Positions 1 to 11,925 of a stretch of 64,000 nucleotides of DNA are shown piece by piece; the first letter of the stretch is position 1, and every line of letters starts with the position of its first letter. Made by a program: the position numbers and the translations under genes. The notes below the pieces were generated by a model. It did no database searches and was not told the origin of the DNA. It saw only the letters and a program-made list of their open reading frames with translations. Origin of the DNA: Carcharhinus longimanus (Eukaryota); the NCBI GenBank assembly GCA_030264375.1, contig JASCQW010000190.1, positions 82,045,105 through 82,109,104 on the forward strand. The letters are read 5' to 3'.

Positions 1-798
1 GGAGGCAGCTGGCATATTAGCAGTGTCCACTGGACACCCTGTCAGTGCCACTTGGGCATCACTGGTGTGCCAGTTGGGCACTGCCATTGCGCTAGTTGAA
101 CACCACTAGTGTGCCTGGGTCAGTGCTAAGTGGGGCTTACGATTGGGGGATTATGCAGGGGGGCTAAGAAAAGGGACTAGGATGAGGAGGCTATTCAGAG
201 GGACTATGATAGGGGGTGCTATGCAGGCGGGCCATGCAGTGGTGGATCATGTCAAGGTCACAATGGGGAGGGGGGCATGTCGGAGATCATGATTGGGGGC
301 ATGTTCTGGGTCAGGTGGGGGACCCATCGGGAGGGCCCTGATGCTCTGATGTTGGTGATCCATGCCAGGGTGGGGGTTGAGGAACATGCTGCCAATGAGG
401 GGAGGGTCCCAGTGTCCATGCTAGGAGGAGAGGTGACTCCCAATATTGCACAATATTGAAATTGGAGCACCCTTGCAATCTGAAGCTGCACTCACTGGTG
501 ACCTTAACCCCCCACTCCTGTCAGTACAAATTTCCCAAAGCTCTAAAAAAGGGACTGAGTGCGGGAGGACTATGATGCGGAGCCCGTCTGAAAGATCAGC
601 ATGGTTCACTTAGATACTCTCACTGTTATAACACTGATTTCTCCAGCAGCTTATGCTGGCAGGGTCCTCTGATCCAGCCAGCAGCACAAGCCCTCCAGTG
701 GGGTGACATCAATACCATTTACAGCAGCAGGACCAAGAAACACATATCTTGGGAGTTGGAGAATCCCATACTTAGTTTTTTTGGGTGGAATTCCACCC
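1..798. mobile_element. Decayed non-autonomous DNA transposon (MITE/Harbinger-related), runs off the window start
   Basis: GC-rich body with short gtgcca/tggcac repeats. Ends in GGAGAATCCC...GGGTGGAATTCCACCC (783-798), resembling the GGG..AATT termini of the other MITE-like elements in the window. Confidence 0.45.
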
Positions 799-799
799 T

Positions 800-1421
800 G
801 TGTGCTGACAATACTATACTATTAATATTATGTTCAAGGAGAACTTTAAAACAGCCGATCTGTTTGGAGGGAATGCAACAGTTGCTGAGAAAACACGATA
901 CTGAGACATGTAATACCAGAAATGAGAGGAGCTAGGCTTGTTGCAGGAAAGCAGTTTCATTTTCATTTTTAGGAGGGGCAGTTGCTGACTGTAGCTGGTT
1001 AAATGTAAAAGCTAGCAGCTGCATCTCTGTAAAAAGACCTCTTTGAAAGCCCAAGACAGTTGCTCAAATCAACGCAAGTATGCTTGGATTTGCTAGCTAT
1101 TTTTAAAGAAGTGTTTAGAGCTCTAAGATAAATATTGCTTAATTGGAACTGAATAGTAATAAGTTAGAAGTTAAGAGCTTGTTTCTTTCATGTTTAAAGA
1201 TTGTTCAATGGTTAAGAGTTAAACTGTTCCTTTTTGTTAGAGGTATATTTAAACTGTGTTATGAATAAATCTTGTTTTGATAAGAAAAATCTCTAAATTG
1301 TCGGTGCAATTACTCCTGAGGCAAAGCATCCTTTCCTCACATTTATGTCAAAATAGAAAAATGTTGGGGTCTAGTCTGGTTTCATAATGAACCTTGGGGT
1401 TTCTGATCTGGCACCCTAATA
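800..1421 (+). mobile_element. Solo LTR (Gypsy-type), decayed
   Basis: AT-rich U3-like body, AATAAA at ~1265, and a U5-like end GGGGTTTCTGATCTGGCACCCTAATA. Organisation is similar to the LTR at 37.9-38.9 kb. Confidence 0.5.
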
Positions 1422-1899
1422 CTTCTTCCACACATGGAGAATGGCCATTTGGGTTAAGGACTGGAAGTGAATAGCCATTGTGGAGATATCCTAACAAACT
1501 GTCAGCACTTTCAGGAGAGAGAGAATAAAAGAAAGGAATGCAAGGGAAAATAGTAATAATCTTTCTGAAAGATATATTGCAGCAAAATTTCAGAGATAAT
1601 AGCTGGGCTAGGCTAAACAGTTGGCATAACAAACAATTGTTTAAAAACCTCTCAAAACTGGGCTAATTTGAGGTTTAAGAACTCACATTTACATAGAAAA
1701 CCTGGTAGCAAACAATAGTAGGATGAATGAATGGTTAATTTGTTTTGTTTCTGGATTGGTCTGCAGTCTGTTTTATTTGAAGTCCTATTCTCACACATGT
1801 CTTTGTGTCACCAGCAAACATCTGAATTGTTATCCAATGCCATCATTCACATGGTTGATAATGATGGTTAACAAATAGTCCAATCATAGGTAAGAGGAA

Positions 1900-2279
1900 C
1901 TAACTCAACTAAACTTCCATTCCCTCTAACACAAGTGTACTGTGGCTGTAGTACATATAATCTATGAAATCACTGAAGCAACTTGCCAAGGCCTGTTTGG
2001 CAGAATCTCAGAACCCATTCCCTTCACCACCAAGCAGGACAAGGCCGACATCTCTAAGGCCACTCACATGTCTTTCAGACTTGAATTTACATTGACATTT
2101 CTTCCCCATCGCTGGATGAAAATCCTGGAAGTCACTGCCTAACACTTGGGAACTCTTTGGTCACATAGACTGCAGCAGTTCAAGAAGAAGTCCCAATACC
2201 ATCATCAGCTCCTGCAGCAACAAGGCAGTAAATTCTCGTTTTTTTCAGTGATACCCACAACAAAGAATGAAGTAAAAAG
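1900..2279 (+). mobile_element. CR1-group LINE (family B) 3' fragment
   Basis: AAAATCCTGGAA...GACTGCAGCAGTTCAAGAAG...A-rich end. Reverse complement of the copies at 44.2-45.5 kb. Confidence 0.6.
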
Positions 2280-3419
2280 TACATTACTCTCTGCCACACT
2301 GTTAAAAGTAGTTGAAGCCAATATTCCTGTGTCCTCTGATTCAGTTATAGCATCAGTGCCATTATGATGGATAGTGCTCCAGTGCTGCTCACACAGGACA
2401 CAGTGCAGCTATTCCAGTAACTGTAACTAGAACAGGAATGTTGGCAAGACTGTAGCTGCAGAGGTGACAATAAGCATTGCAGTGTGGAAGCCATTGCCAG
2501 CTCTGTACTTGAAGTGATTACAGTAACTACTCATCCTGTAACATTTTAACCTGAAAATTGCAGGAAGCAAACACCCTGTTAAACAATTAGTGGCTGAGGG
2601 CTGAATGATCTATAATGATAACTTCAGCTCCAGGTGGATTTTTAGCTTCCCCTCCACCCTACAGTGCACAGTTTTCCTCGCTCACAGCAATGATGATCCA
2701 GGATGTGGAACATCAGCTGCCTGCATAGTGATCACAGAGAGTTTCAGCCGGTGCTTCAGGGCACAATTCTTAATTATAGGTTGTTCTTAACATTTGATTT
2801 TTTTATCACTGGATCAGTAAGAGGCATGTTGCAACTGAAAACACATTTAAATCAAACTTTGATCAACTTTCTTTCCTGAAGTAAATGTGTCGCCCACACT
2901 CCAAAATAACTTGGTTAAGATTCAAGATTGGAATCCACGTATATCATCTCAAAGTAATTGGACGCTAAGGCTAAAGGTGATTAGCGACTAATGGCATGCA
3001 TTTATTGAGTGAATTTTTATAAGAGAATTATGTGTTTAGGAGTATGTATTTCCATAGCTTCAGGCTCCATGGATGTTCTGTGAACAAAGGGATTTCATTT
3101 AACCATTACTGCATGTGGAAATGCAATGAATTATCTTTATCCAGCTGAATAAGCAGTAACTCTGCAAGTTACACAATATGTTACCTTTACCCCGCTGAAT
3201 AAACAGCAATTCCAAGGAGTTTCACGTTGAGTTGTTGTGATAAAGTTATATATTTTCCTGTGTTAGATCTTTGCTTTGAATTCTTTATGATTGGAAAAAG
3301 TATTACCAGTAATGCTTTTGCTATCTTACTCTGCACGATACAGAGATGCACGGTTTAATTGGCACAGGTGAAAAGATGATTAATATGTGGCTAAGCCTTG
3401 GTTCTGTGAAGAAAAAGGT

Positions 3420-3716
3420 GACTTTAAACTTTATTTTTATTAGTGTCACAAGTAGGCTTACATTAATACTGCAATGAAGTTACTATGCAAAATCTCCTAG
3501 TTGCCACACTCTGGTGCCTGTTCAAGTACACTAAGGGAGAATTTAGCACGGCACATTTTTGGACTGTAGGAGGAAACTGCAGCACCTGGAGGAAGGCCAC
3601 ATGGACACGGGAAGAATATGCAGATTGTGCACAGACAATATCCAAGCTGGGAATTGAACCCAAGCCCCTGGTACTGTGAGATAGCAGTGCTAACCATTGT
3701 GCCATTATGCCACCCC
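3420..3716 (-). mobile_element. tRNA-derived V-SINE, HE1-like head with Rex1-type tail (type B)
   Basis: Minus strand shows A box TGGCACAATGG, B box GGTTCAATTCC, the V-domain core, and tail CTTCATTGCAGTATTAATGTAAGCCTACTTGTGACACTAATAAA. Confidence 0.9.
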
Positions 3717-4067
3717 CTACCAATAGAATGCAAAGGCATTGAGCAAAAGCTGTTTTCAAAGTATTTTGTAAGTTTTCCTGTGTCTTTATTGAAACTTGAT
3801 GACAAATTTTCTCATATTACCAAAGAATAGTTGACCATCTCATGTAATTCCTGGAAAAACACAGTACTATGAGATTGGACTTTATTCTGTGTACTTCTAA
3901 AGGAGTTGACATAATAGTCCATGGGAAAGCTTACCTCACAAGTTATTCTGCAACCAGCAGAAGGTTTATGTTTGACTCCGTGGCAGTGTTTCACAACATT
4001 AGAAGCGAAGATTCATCTTTCTAGTTTTAATGTTCTTGAAGGTATCAGTCAGAGGAGTATCTTTCTT

Positions 4068-4299
4068 ATTTTTTTTATGCATTCATGGGTCATGGGCATC
4101 GCTGGCTGGCCAGCATTTATTGCCCATCCCTAGTCACCCTTGAATTGAGTAGCTTTTTAGGCCATTCCAAAGGGCAGTTGAGAGTCAACCACATTGATGT
4201 TGAGTCACATGTAGGCAGACCAGATAAGGGCGGCAGATTTCCTTCCCTAAAGGATATTAGTGAACCAGATGGGTTTTTCTGACAATTGACAATGGTTTC
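4068..4299 (-). mobile_element. tRNA-derived SINE with CR1-group (family B) tail, 5' truncated
   Basis: Minus strand CCCATCTGGTTCACTAAT..GGAAGGAAATCTGCC..GGGATGGGCAATAAATGCTGGCC. Same family as 24018-24238; tail shared with the LINE at 44185. Confidence 0.75.
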
Positions 4300-4890
4300 C
4301 TGCCCACTGACAAATGGAAGTAGACATTCTTTGTGACAGAGAGAATGTAGAACCAAAATCTCAACTCAGAGTTGGATTGGATGTTTTGCTGCAAACAGTT
4401 TGCTTCAGCCTGAGAAGGCTGTCCTGGCATAAAGATAGAGTAAATGATAGGGCACAGATATTTGGAGCAGAGCCAAAGATAATTCTTTGGGCTTCCCAAT
4501 GCTGGAGGAAACTGTGGCTCATCCAAAACTGCATAGAAGCATTAGTCAATTTTCCAATTTTCTGTCAGTAAATCAGCATGACTCAAATTTTTCCATTGCC
4601 ATTGGCATATTAGTCCACATATTTATTGCAGCTTCCACCCACCTCTATGTTTCTATTCCCTAACTTGATCTCTCTAATGCCCGGCCACTTACTCTATCCT
4701 GCTGCCTGGGTAATGTTTTCTGGCTGAAACAGACAGTTTCAAACATTGAGATCCAATTCAACCATGAGCTGAGATCTTGGTTCCACATCGCCTGTCACAA
4801 GGACTACCTGCTTCCATTTGTGGAACATTGCTCTCCTTCAACTCGACACAATGTTCGTGCTAATCACACACTTGTCACCTCGAAACTCAA

Positions 4891-5428
4891 ACAGCTGTGA
4901 CTCAGTTAGTGGCACTCTTGCCTCTGCGTCAGAAGGCCATGGGTTCAAGTCCCAATTCAGAAGATTGATCATGCAAATCAAGGCTGACATTCCACTGCAG
5001 TATTGAGAGAGTGCTGGTAAGTAGGTATTTATTTCTTGTGATTCCTGTGGGCATCTCTTTCTCACATTAGTCAGAGGTTATGACCCAATATCATGAAAAT
5101 AGATTACCTGGTCATTACATCGTTGTTGAAATCATTATATATAGGTCTTGGGGCTAAAGGGATCAAGGAATATGGCAGGAAGATGGGATCAGGGTATTGA
5201 ATTGGATGATCAGCCATGATCATAATCAATGGCGAGACAGGTTCAAAGGGTTGAATAGCATACTCCTGCTTCTATTTGCGATGTATGTTTCTGTGTATGC
5301 AGAAGTTTGCACAAACTTGCCATGTTTCCAACATTACAACTATACTTCAAAAGTACTTAATTGACTGAAAAATGCTTTGAGACATCTTGCAGTTGTGATA
5401 GGAGTTATACAAAGGTGACTTTTTTTCA
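4891..5428 (+). mobile_element. Deu-type SINE (SacSINE1-like), interrupted
   Basis: tRNA-like head GTGACTCAGTTAGTGGCACTCTTGCCTCTGCGTCAGAAGG..GGGTTCAAGTCCC, then GGCTGACA..TGCAGTATTGAGAGAGTGCTG, and tail ACATTACAAC..CTTCAAAAGTACTT..GCTTTGAGACATC. Confidence 0.75.
5143..5297 (+). mobile_element. CR1/HER1 LINE 3' end inserted in the Deu-SINE
   Basis: GGGATCAAGGAATATGG...GATCAGCCATGATCATAAT..ATGGCG..CAGGTTCAAAGGGTTGAATAG..TACTCCTGCTTCTATT, followed by a TATG-repeat tail. Confidence 0.75.
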
Positions 5429-5439
5429 CTTGTCTGGCT

Positions 5440-5925
5440 TCACATCCTTCATCCTCCATAACTTTGACCTTGTCTAAAACTCTGCCACCTTTCTCCAAGT
5501 TCTGCCGGGCCATGGCCCTTTACTTACTGATTTATATTGCTTCCTGGTGCCCTATACCTGGTATTAAAAATTCTCATCCTTGTGATTAAATCGTTCCATG
5601 AGCTCATCCCTCCTTATCTCCTTGAGTTCTACAAGCAATCATTCCTCTGCCCTCAAATTCCAATTTCTCTGGCCTCTATCTTATGCATTATCCTTCCCTT
5701 CTCTCCATTATTAGCTGTTGTGTATTCTATGGTCCAGGCCAAATGTTTTTGAATCTTTTCAAACCCATGCCCCTTCTCATCCTTTAAGACTCGCCCTTAA
5801 AATAGCATTTCTTTGGCTAGCTTATGGTCACCCCTCCTAATAGCTCCTTCCTTTGCATGACATTCAGGTTTGATTGTGCCCCTTTGAATTTCTTCGGAAC
5901 AATTTTTTATAAGGGTGTTTATTAA
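5440..5925 (+). mobile_element. L2 LINE 3' fragment
   Basis: Decayed ORF2 end (LKILILVIKSFHELIPPYL, cf. L2 FKILILVFKSLHGLAPPYL) and a pyrimidine-rich 3' UTR. Confidence 0.6.
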
Positions 5926-6215
5926 AAGCCTACAGTGTAGAAGGAGGCCATTCAGCCCATTGAGCTTGCACCAACAATCTCACACAGGCCATATCCCCAT
6001 AACCCCATGTGTTTACCCTGCCAATCCCCCTGACACTAAGTGGTAATTTACCATTGCCAATATACCTAACCTGCACATCTTTGGGCTCAGAGTGGAAACT
6101 GGAGCACCCAGAGGATGGGATGAACATGCAAACTCCACACAAACAGTCACCCAAGGCTGGAATTGAACCTGGGTCCCTGGCACTATGAGGCGGAAGTGCT
6201 AACCACTGTGCCACC
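5926..6215 (-). mobile_element. HE1-type V-SINE (CR1/HER1 tail, type A)
   Basis: Minus strand GGTGGCACAGTGGTTAGCAC..GGGACCCAGGTTCAATTCC, V-domain, and tail GGGCTGAATGGCCTCCTTCTACACTGTAGG. Confidence 0.9.
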
Positions 6216-7689
6216 TCAAATGAAAGTTATTGGTCTCTTTTTGTACAACCCAATGCTGGGAATTCAAGGTCAGTGAGTTTTTAAACCTTTATTCTTTCAT
6301 GGGGTGTGGGCATCATTGGCTAGGCCAATGTATATCGTGCATTCTTAATCACCCTATCCTTAATTTACCTTTGAGTAATCCTCACCCCACTAAATAGAAA
6401 TTATATTGTTACATAATAATTAATATTTTAAGTTAGTGTTTGTTAGAATATAATTTCTCCGCCTTGTGGCGCCTATTCTGTATCATTTTTTTTCCCTATA
6501 ATCTTAGGTTAGCTGATCAATGTTCAACTTCTTTTTCTATTTTATTCTCCTGACTTGTTGCCTTCAGTTCTGTATCGGCCTCAGCTCTGATTCTTTCTGG
6601 CTTTGCATGCTGAGAGTCTTTTGGATCTTCCGTGAAGGAGCCTTTATTTGGGCCCAGGGACAGGGAAAATCTCCCATTCTCTGTGATTGCTCACCCACGC
6701 TGCAAGCCCATCCCTTCTGCACAAAAATAAAAGGTTAAACTTATAAACCTTGATTTGAACTGAATCTGCCACAACTGATAGGGAAATAGATGGACCAGAC
6801 ACATATTGTATTGAGGTGTCTTAAACATTGTGCTGAAATACTGGGCCCACCAACATTGGTCTTCTGCAGTTCCCTCAACAGATCAGTTGATAAAAGCAAC
6901 CACTTTGTCATGGCTCAGTCCCTTTCATTCACTGCTCAGCTACATGCAGTATCTTAAAGGTCAAGGGTAGGTGTATTCTGAGCTTCTCAATGAGCACGAT
7001 TGATATCTGAATGGCTAACCAAAGCTGGTCCCCTATTGTTCAGAGCTTCATCCTCACCCACAAGGTCTTGACATTCACAAAAGCCTGATTATCTCAAATC
7101 CAACAAAATCCTTCTTTGATGTCCTGACATTGGTTAGATTGCAAAATTAAGAGGGAGAGGGAAGAAATTTGCACTTAACACAATTTATTTGGGAATGTTG
7201 TCCTAATTAAATACTTTGCCTTAAAGACAGCAGAACCTTTGTGAACAAATGCAATGAATGCAGTCAGATAGTAGGACATGAAAGGAATATAATGGTTGGC
7301 AGCAGATTATTTCTGGATCAATCTGCAGTGATGATGTGGCCAATCGTCTTGTGTGAACTGTCATGCGTTATGGACATGGGGCCACATTGATAGAAACTGG
7401 CTGCTTTAACAGCTGTTGGCAGACAGGCACTGACCCAAAGTAGAACTTAGAAGCACTTAAGCAAAAATGAAAACTATGTATAATTATACAAGATAACATC
7501 GGAGAGCGATTGTCAAGGATGCAATTTAATCAGAGGATTTAGATGATTGTCAACAGCCTCATGCTTCCCTGAAGACCAAATGGATAAAAGCGTTGTCAAG
7601 TGTATTGTTAACAAATATGACTAACAAGTTCTGGGCCTCTACTAAGTGAGCAATTTAAGCCAGAGCACCACAATTATAATTGGTTTCAG

Positions 7690-7950
7690 CAGCCCTGTGC
7701 TAAGAGGTGGGGATATCACCGAGGATCATAGCAAAACCCCATTGAAAAGGGCACAAGTGTGATCATCATATGAGGACAGATCAGATCTTGATGCTCTCCT
7801 TGGTTGAATACCCTGCTGCTACTCACGGTCTAGACTCTCACATGAAGAGTGGTTCTTGGTTGAGGTAATGGAGGGTTGTTGGTAGTCATGGAATTATACA
7901 TTATCCAAAAGAAGTCCCTTGAAACAAGGAGAAAAGGAAGAGAATTGAAA
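7690..7950 (+). mobile_element. Old tRNA-derived SINE (recurrent family), 3' part
   Basis: TGAGGACAGATCAG..GGTTGAATACCCTGCTG..ACTCACGGTCTAGACTCTCACATGAAGAGTGG. Homologous to copies at 32.6, 41.0, 45.8, 56.7 and 62.2 kb. Confidence 0.5.
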
Positions 7951-8056
7951 AGAAATGGCATATTTCATTCTTGGTAAGATGTTACGGTGGCCTGCATCTT
8001 CCTCTAATGGTGGCATTACTATAATTGTGAGCATGCACAGCAACAGGATAATAGAC

Positions 8057-8393
8057 TTGAAATACTCGGCAGCTTTGGCCGGATCTGTGGAGAGCAAGAG
8101 AGTTAACATTTCAGTTCAATAACCTTTTGTCAAGCCATCAATCTGAGGCATTCAAGGTGGAATCCTCCAACTGTTCACATCCTGCTGCAGCTGTCAGTAA
8201 GAATGGAGAGATTGGCACTCGGCCAAATCTCTGTTCTCTGCAGCGGGGCTGGAGAATCCCAGCTGCAGGTGAGGTTGGGCAATCTGATCCTAACTCTGTT
8301 TCTCCCTCCCTTTGGATGCTGCCAGGCCTGCTGAGTATTTCCAGCATTTTGTATTTTTATTTCGGATTTCCAGCAATTGCAGTATTTTGGTAT
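8057..8393. mobile_element. Penelope-like element, inverted pair of pLTR fragments (8057-8133 minus, 8291-8393 plus)
   Basis: GAAATACTCGGCAG..ATCTGTGGAGAG..AGAGTTAAC is the reverse complement of TAACTCTGTTTCTC..GATGCTGCCAGGCCTGCTGAGTATTTCCAGCA. A decayed hammerhead lies on the minus arm. Confidence 0.7.
8157..8290. mobile_element. Small palindromic MITE between the Penelope arms
   Basis: Starts GGTGGAATCCTCC. Internal hairpin GAATGGAGAGATTGGC..GCCAAATCTCTGTTC. Contains a GGAGAATCCC motif like the end of the 1-798 element. Confidence 0.45.
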
Positions 8394-9611
8394 TAATGGG
8401 CAAGAAGCTCGGGGCAGATGGGGAGGGGGAGGGAGGTATTTTGGTGACTTGTTGGGGGAGGAATCTGATATGAGGCATTGAAGGAGGAGATTCTAGCTAA
8501 GGAGTCCATAAGCATTAGTCAGCAGATTCTGAAAACCTGAGAGAATGGTTAATTTCAGAAACTTGCATGGAATCAGTTAAAGGGAGATTTCAAATTTATT
8601 GAGCAGACGGCATCAGAAGGAAGAGCTCAGTGACACAGGAAGACTTTTGGAATGATGGACCTGCCAGATGGAGTGAAAAAAAAGAGGCTTTCCCAGTCAA
8701 ATTGTCAGCATTTTCAAATTTAGTTGCAATGTCATTAGAGAGTCGGATATGAATGACACAATATCGGGTCAGACCAGAAGGAGAACATGTCAGTCAAAAG
8801 TAGTGGTGATGGAGATTGTCTATCTGAAATAAATCTTAATTGGAAAGAGACTCCCTCTTGAAACAGTTCAACAATTAGCTGCAATCACAGGGAAATTGTT
8901 AATGATCCAGTCACGATGATAGAAATAGAAAACTGCATTGTTTTAAAATCTTCTGATTAGAATCCATTGCCATGGTTACCTGGCCCTTACCCACTTCACG
9001 TTTTGTAGATTTAAAATGCAAGAAGCAAAATTCTATTACAAAACAAATATATTTTGAAAATCTGACAATTGACGATGAATGTTGTTGGGAATAATGCCGA
9101 ATTATGCCAACACAAAAGCTTGCTATTGAAAAGAGGAAGATTATTTTAACCCCTATGGACTTATTAATAAAAGATTAACTGTACTGCCACAGATGAGCTG
9201 TGCAGCTTGACCGCTTCAGAACAAAGTACAGCTGTGACCCCCATTGTTTTTATTCGATGAGAAGGAGGCCACCAGAGGTATGATAGAAATAATAATTTTA
9301 ATATCAGAAAATTGGACACTTGGATGCTGCTCGCTCATACTCGACTGCTCAATTCAATTACTTGACTAGTTAGGAATGGGATTGAAGAGAATTTCAAAAA
9401 TGTAAACTTCAGAAGATGTGATATGTTTGCACAGTGATATAGTGATGGCTATTTGATAAAGGGTGCCTTTATCTGCCAAATATCTAGGTTACTGTGATAA
9501 TCCCAAATGTCAAACAAAAAACTTTGTCACTCTACTTGGGCTTATGAGAATTTATCATGTTTCAACAGATGACCTCCTTGACTTTGGATAAGAACAAACA
9601 CTTTAACAGCT

Positions 9612-9950
9612 TGTGATGGAGCCTATTAACTATTGAATATTTTGAACAGTTAAATGAACAAGAGTAGTGTAGTAGCATGGCCCTTTAAGGGGGTGGGAGG
9701 TGGGGGGGGCATTTCTCAGGAGCCACATGATCAGCAAGGACCCTGTGGTTCATCTCATGGGAAGCTAAGCCAATCGGCAGGAAGAGACATACCACAGGTC
9801 AAGGAAGGACTTGCAGCTGGAGCCAAGGAGTTGAGTAGAGCAGTCGCATTGTACTTTAGTCTGACCTTGTTGTATATATGTTATTCTTTATTTTTCAATA
9901 AAGCCAATTGTTGGATTCAAGTCACATTGGGTTGCCCTCTGTCCATTACA
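9612..9950 (+). repeat. 5' LTR of the Gypsy element
   Basis: Terminal inverted repeat TGTGATGG...CCATTACA, AATAAA at 9897-9902, directly followed by the PBS. Confidence 0.8.
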
Positions 9951-9951
9951 T

Positions 9952-9962
9952 TGGTGATGAGG
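9952..9962 (+). promoter_or_regulatory. Primer-binding site, tRNA-Ser(GCU)-type
   Basis: TGGTGATGAGG equals TGGCGACGAGG (complement of the tRNA-Ser(GCU) 3' end) with two CpG>TpG changes. Confidence 0.7.
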
Positions 9963-10064
9963 CAAAACATCAAAGTCATCGGGGACCGCATGTCTAGCTA
10001 GAGGGGGTGGAGACTTGACTGTCCAGCATAGGAAGAAGTAAAGTATATTCACTTTGCAATACCT

Positions 10065-10659
10065 ATGATCAGGAAAATTGAGCCATTTGATCCTGAAGGA
10101 GATAACTGGGGACAAGATATAGAAATCTGTGTTTTTTTTTCATGGTGAATGAAATAACTGCTGAAGAAAAGCGAAAAGCTATTTTGCTCACTGACTGTGG
10201 CTCACAGGCTNNNNNNNNNNNNNNNNNNNNNNNNNNNNNNNNNNNNNNNNNNNNNNNNNNNNNNNNNNNNNNNNNNNNNNNNNNNNNNNNNNNNNNNNNN
10301 NNNNNNNNNNGAAAAGCTATTTTGCTCACTGACTGTGGATCACAGGCTTATGGTTAAATGAGAATATTAACATCGTCAGATGCCCCAGATTGTGGAGCTG
10401 GTCAAAAATAATTTTAACCTCCGTCCCTCAATCATTATGCTGAGATACAAATTTCATATGGGAATCTGAGAGCCAAGGGAGACAGTCTCAGGCTTCAAGG
10501 CAAGACTTAGGGGACTGGCACGACACTGTGAATTCAGCCTAACATTAGCAGAAATGTTAAGGGACAGATTGACTTGTGGTATAAACACCTTAATACATAA
10601 ATGGTTACTGGCGGAGATCAAAATTATCTTAGAAAAAACTGTGGAGCTAGCCCAGGTTA
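10065..10659 (+). pseudogene. gag: Gypsy gag remnant
   Basis: MIRKIEPFDPEGDNW..., NEITAEEKRKAILLTDCGSQAYG, ARLRGLARHCEFSLTLAEMLRDRLTCGIN. Contains frameshifts and stops. Confidence 0.85.
10211..10310. other. Assembly gap (one of 16 N-runs; about half are ~100 N)
   Basis: Other N-runs start at 15986, 17442, 21030, 22988, 26575, 34143, 37331, 42996, 45273, 51519, 54532, 58543, 60778, 62758 and 63555. Confidence 0.99.
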
Positions 10660-11596
10660 TTGATTTTGATTTGATTTGATCTGATGTATTATTGTCACAT
10701 GTATTAGTATACAGTGAAAAGTATTGTTTCTTGTGCATTATATAGATAAAGCATACCATGTGTAGAGAAGGAAATGAGAGAGTGCAGAATGAGGTGTTAC
10801 AGTTGTAGCTAGGATATAGAGAAAGATCAATGTAATGAAATGTAGATCCATACAAAGGTATGTTGGGAGTAGGGAAAAAGGTTTCCTTGAGTTGTTTAGT
10901 ACGTGACCTCAGACATTTGTATTTTTTTCCTGACAGAAGAAGGTGGAAGTGAGAATGTCTGGGGTGAGTGGGGTCCTCGATTATGCTGGCTACTTTTCCA
11001 AGGCAGTGGGAAGTGTAGAATGAGTTAGTGGATGGGAGACTGGTTTGACTGATGCACTGGGCTTTGTTCATGACCCTTTGTAGTTTCTTGTAGCCTTGGG
11101 CAGAGCTGGAGCCACACCAAGCTGGATCCAACCTAAAAGAATGCTTTCTAAGGTGATTTGTAAAGGTTGGTGAGAGTCATAGTGGACATGCCAAATTTCG
11201 TTAGCCTCCTGAGAAAGTAGAAGCGTTGGTGGGTTTTCTTAATTATAGTGTCGGCATGGAGGGGCCAGGACAAGTTGTTAGTGATCTGGACACCTAGAAA
11301 GCTGAAGTTCTCAACCATTCCTACTTCGTCCCCACAGACGTAGACTGGGGTATGTCCTCCAATTTGCTTCTTGACTATCTCCTTCATTTTATTGACATTC
11401 AGGTAGAGATTATTGTCATCACACTAGATCACCAGATTCTCTGTCTCTTTCTTGTACTCCATCTCATCATTGTTTGAGATCTGACCCACTGTGATAGTGT
11501 CATCAGCAAACTTGAAAATCAATTTGGAGGGGATTTTGGCCACATAATCATAGGTGTATAAAGAGTATAGTAGGGGGCTGAGAACACAGCCTTGTG
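10660..11596 (-). mobile_element. Rex1/Babar LINE, 5' truncated
   Basis: QGCVLSPLLYSLYTYD..KFADDT RT motifs; FLGVQITNNLSW..HQRFYFLRRL; KKLQRV..DPTHP. 3' end TGTGACAATAAT plus a (ATCAA)n tail. Confidence 0.9.
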
Positions 11597-11925
11597 ATGA
11601 CTGAATGAGTAGAGCAGGGTGTAACAGAGTTGCAAGGTTTGTAAAGTGTGCTGAACGAGGTAAATTGTTTGTGCCAGTAAATGACTGCTGTGCAAAACAG
11701 CCCAGGTGCAGGCACAATAGTGCCCGATAGCAGAAGTGCAATGGTGAGGGCTGCAGTGTGCTTTTGCTATGAGGGAAAACGTCCAAGAAGTTTGTCAATG
11801 CAAGAACTATGTGTGCTTCCAGTATAACAGGAAAGGTCAGTTAAAGACATAGTGCAGGGAAAAGCAACTGATACAGTCAAAGTAATTAAAATCCAGCAAA
11901 TATTAGCTTATCTCTCTTAAATTAT

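Noticed and set aside
7332-7389. Imperfect hairpin ATGTGGCC...GGCCACAT
   Set aside because: Only an 8-bp clean stem with many bulges and G-U pairs; matches no miRNA I recognise.
10173-10348. Apparent direct repeats flanking N-gaps (also at 15963/16092, 26521/26674 and 45258/45373)
   Set aside because: Near-identical sequence on both sides of ~100-N gaps is typical of unmerged contig or haplotype overlaps, not a biological duplication.
10454-11131. Longest ORF in the track (225 aa)
   Set aside because: It is the C-terminal part of Rex1/Babar ORF2 reading through its UTR into antisense gag, not a host gene.
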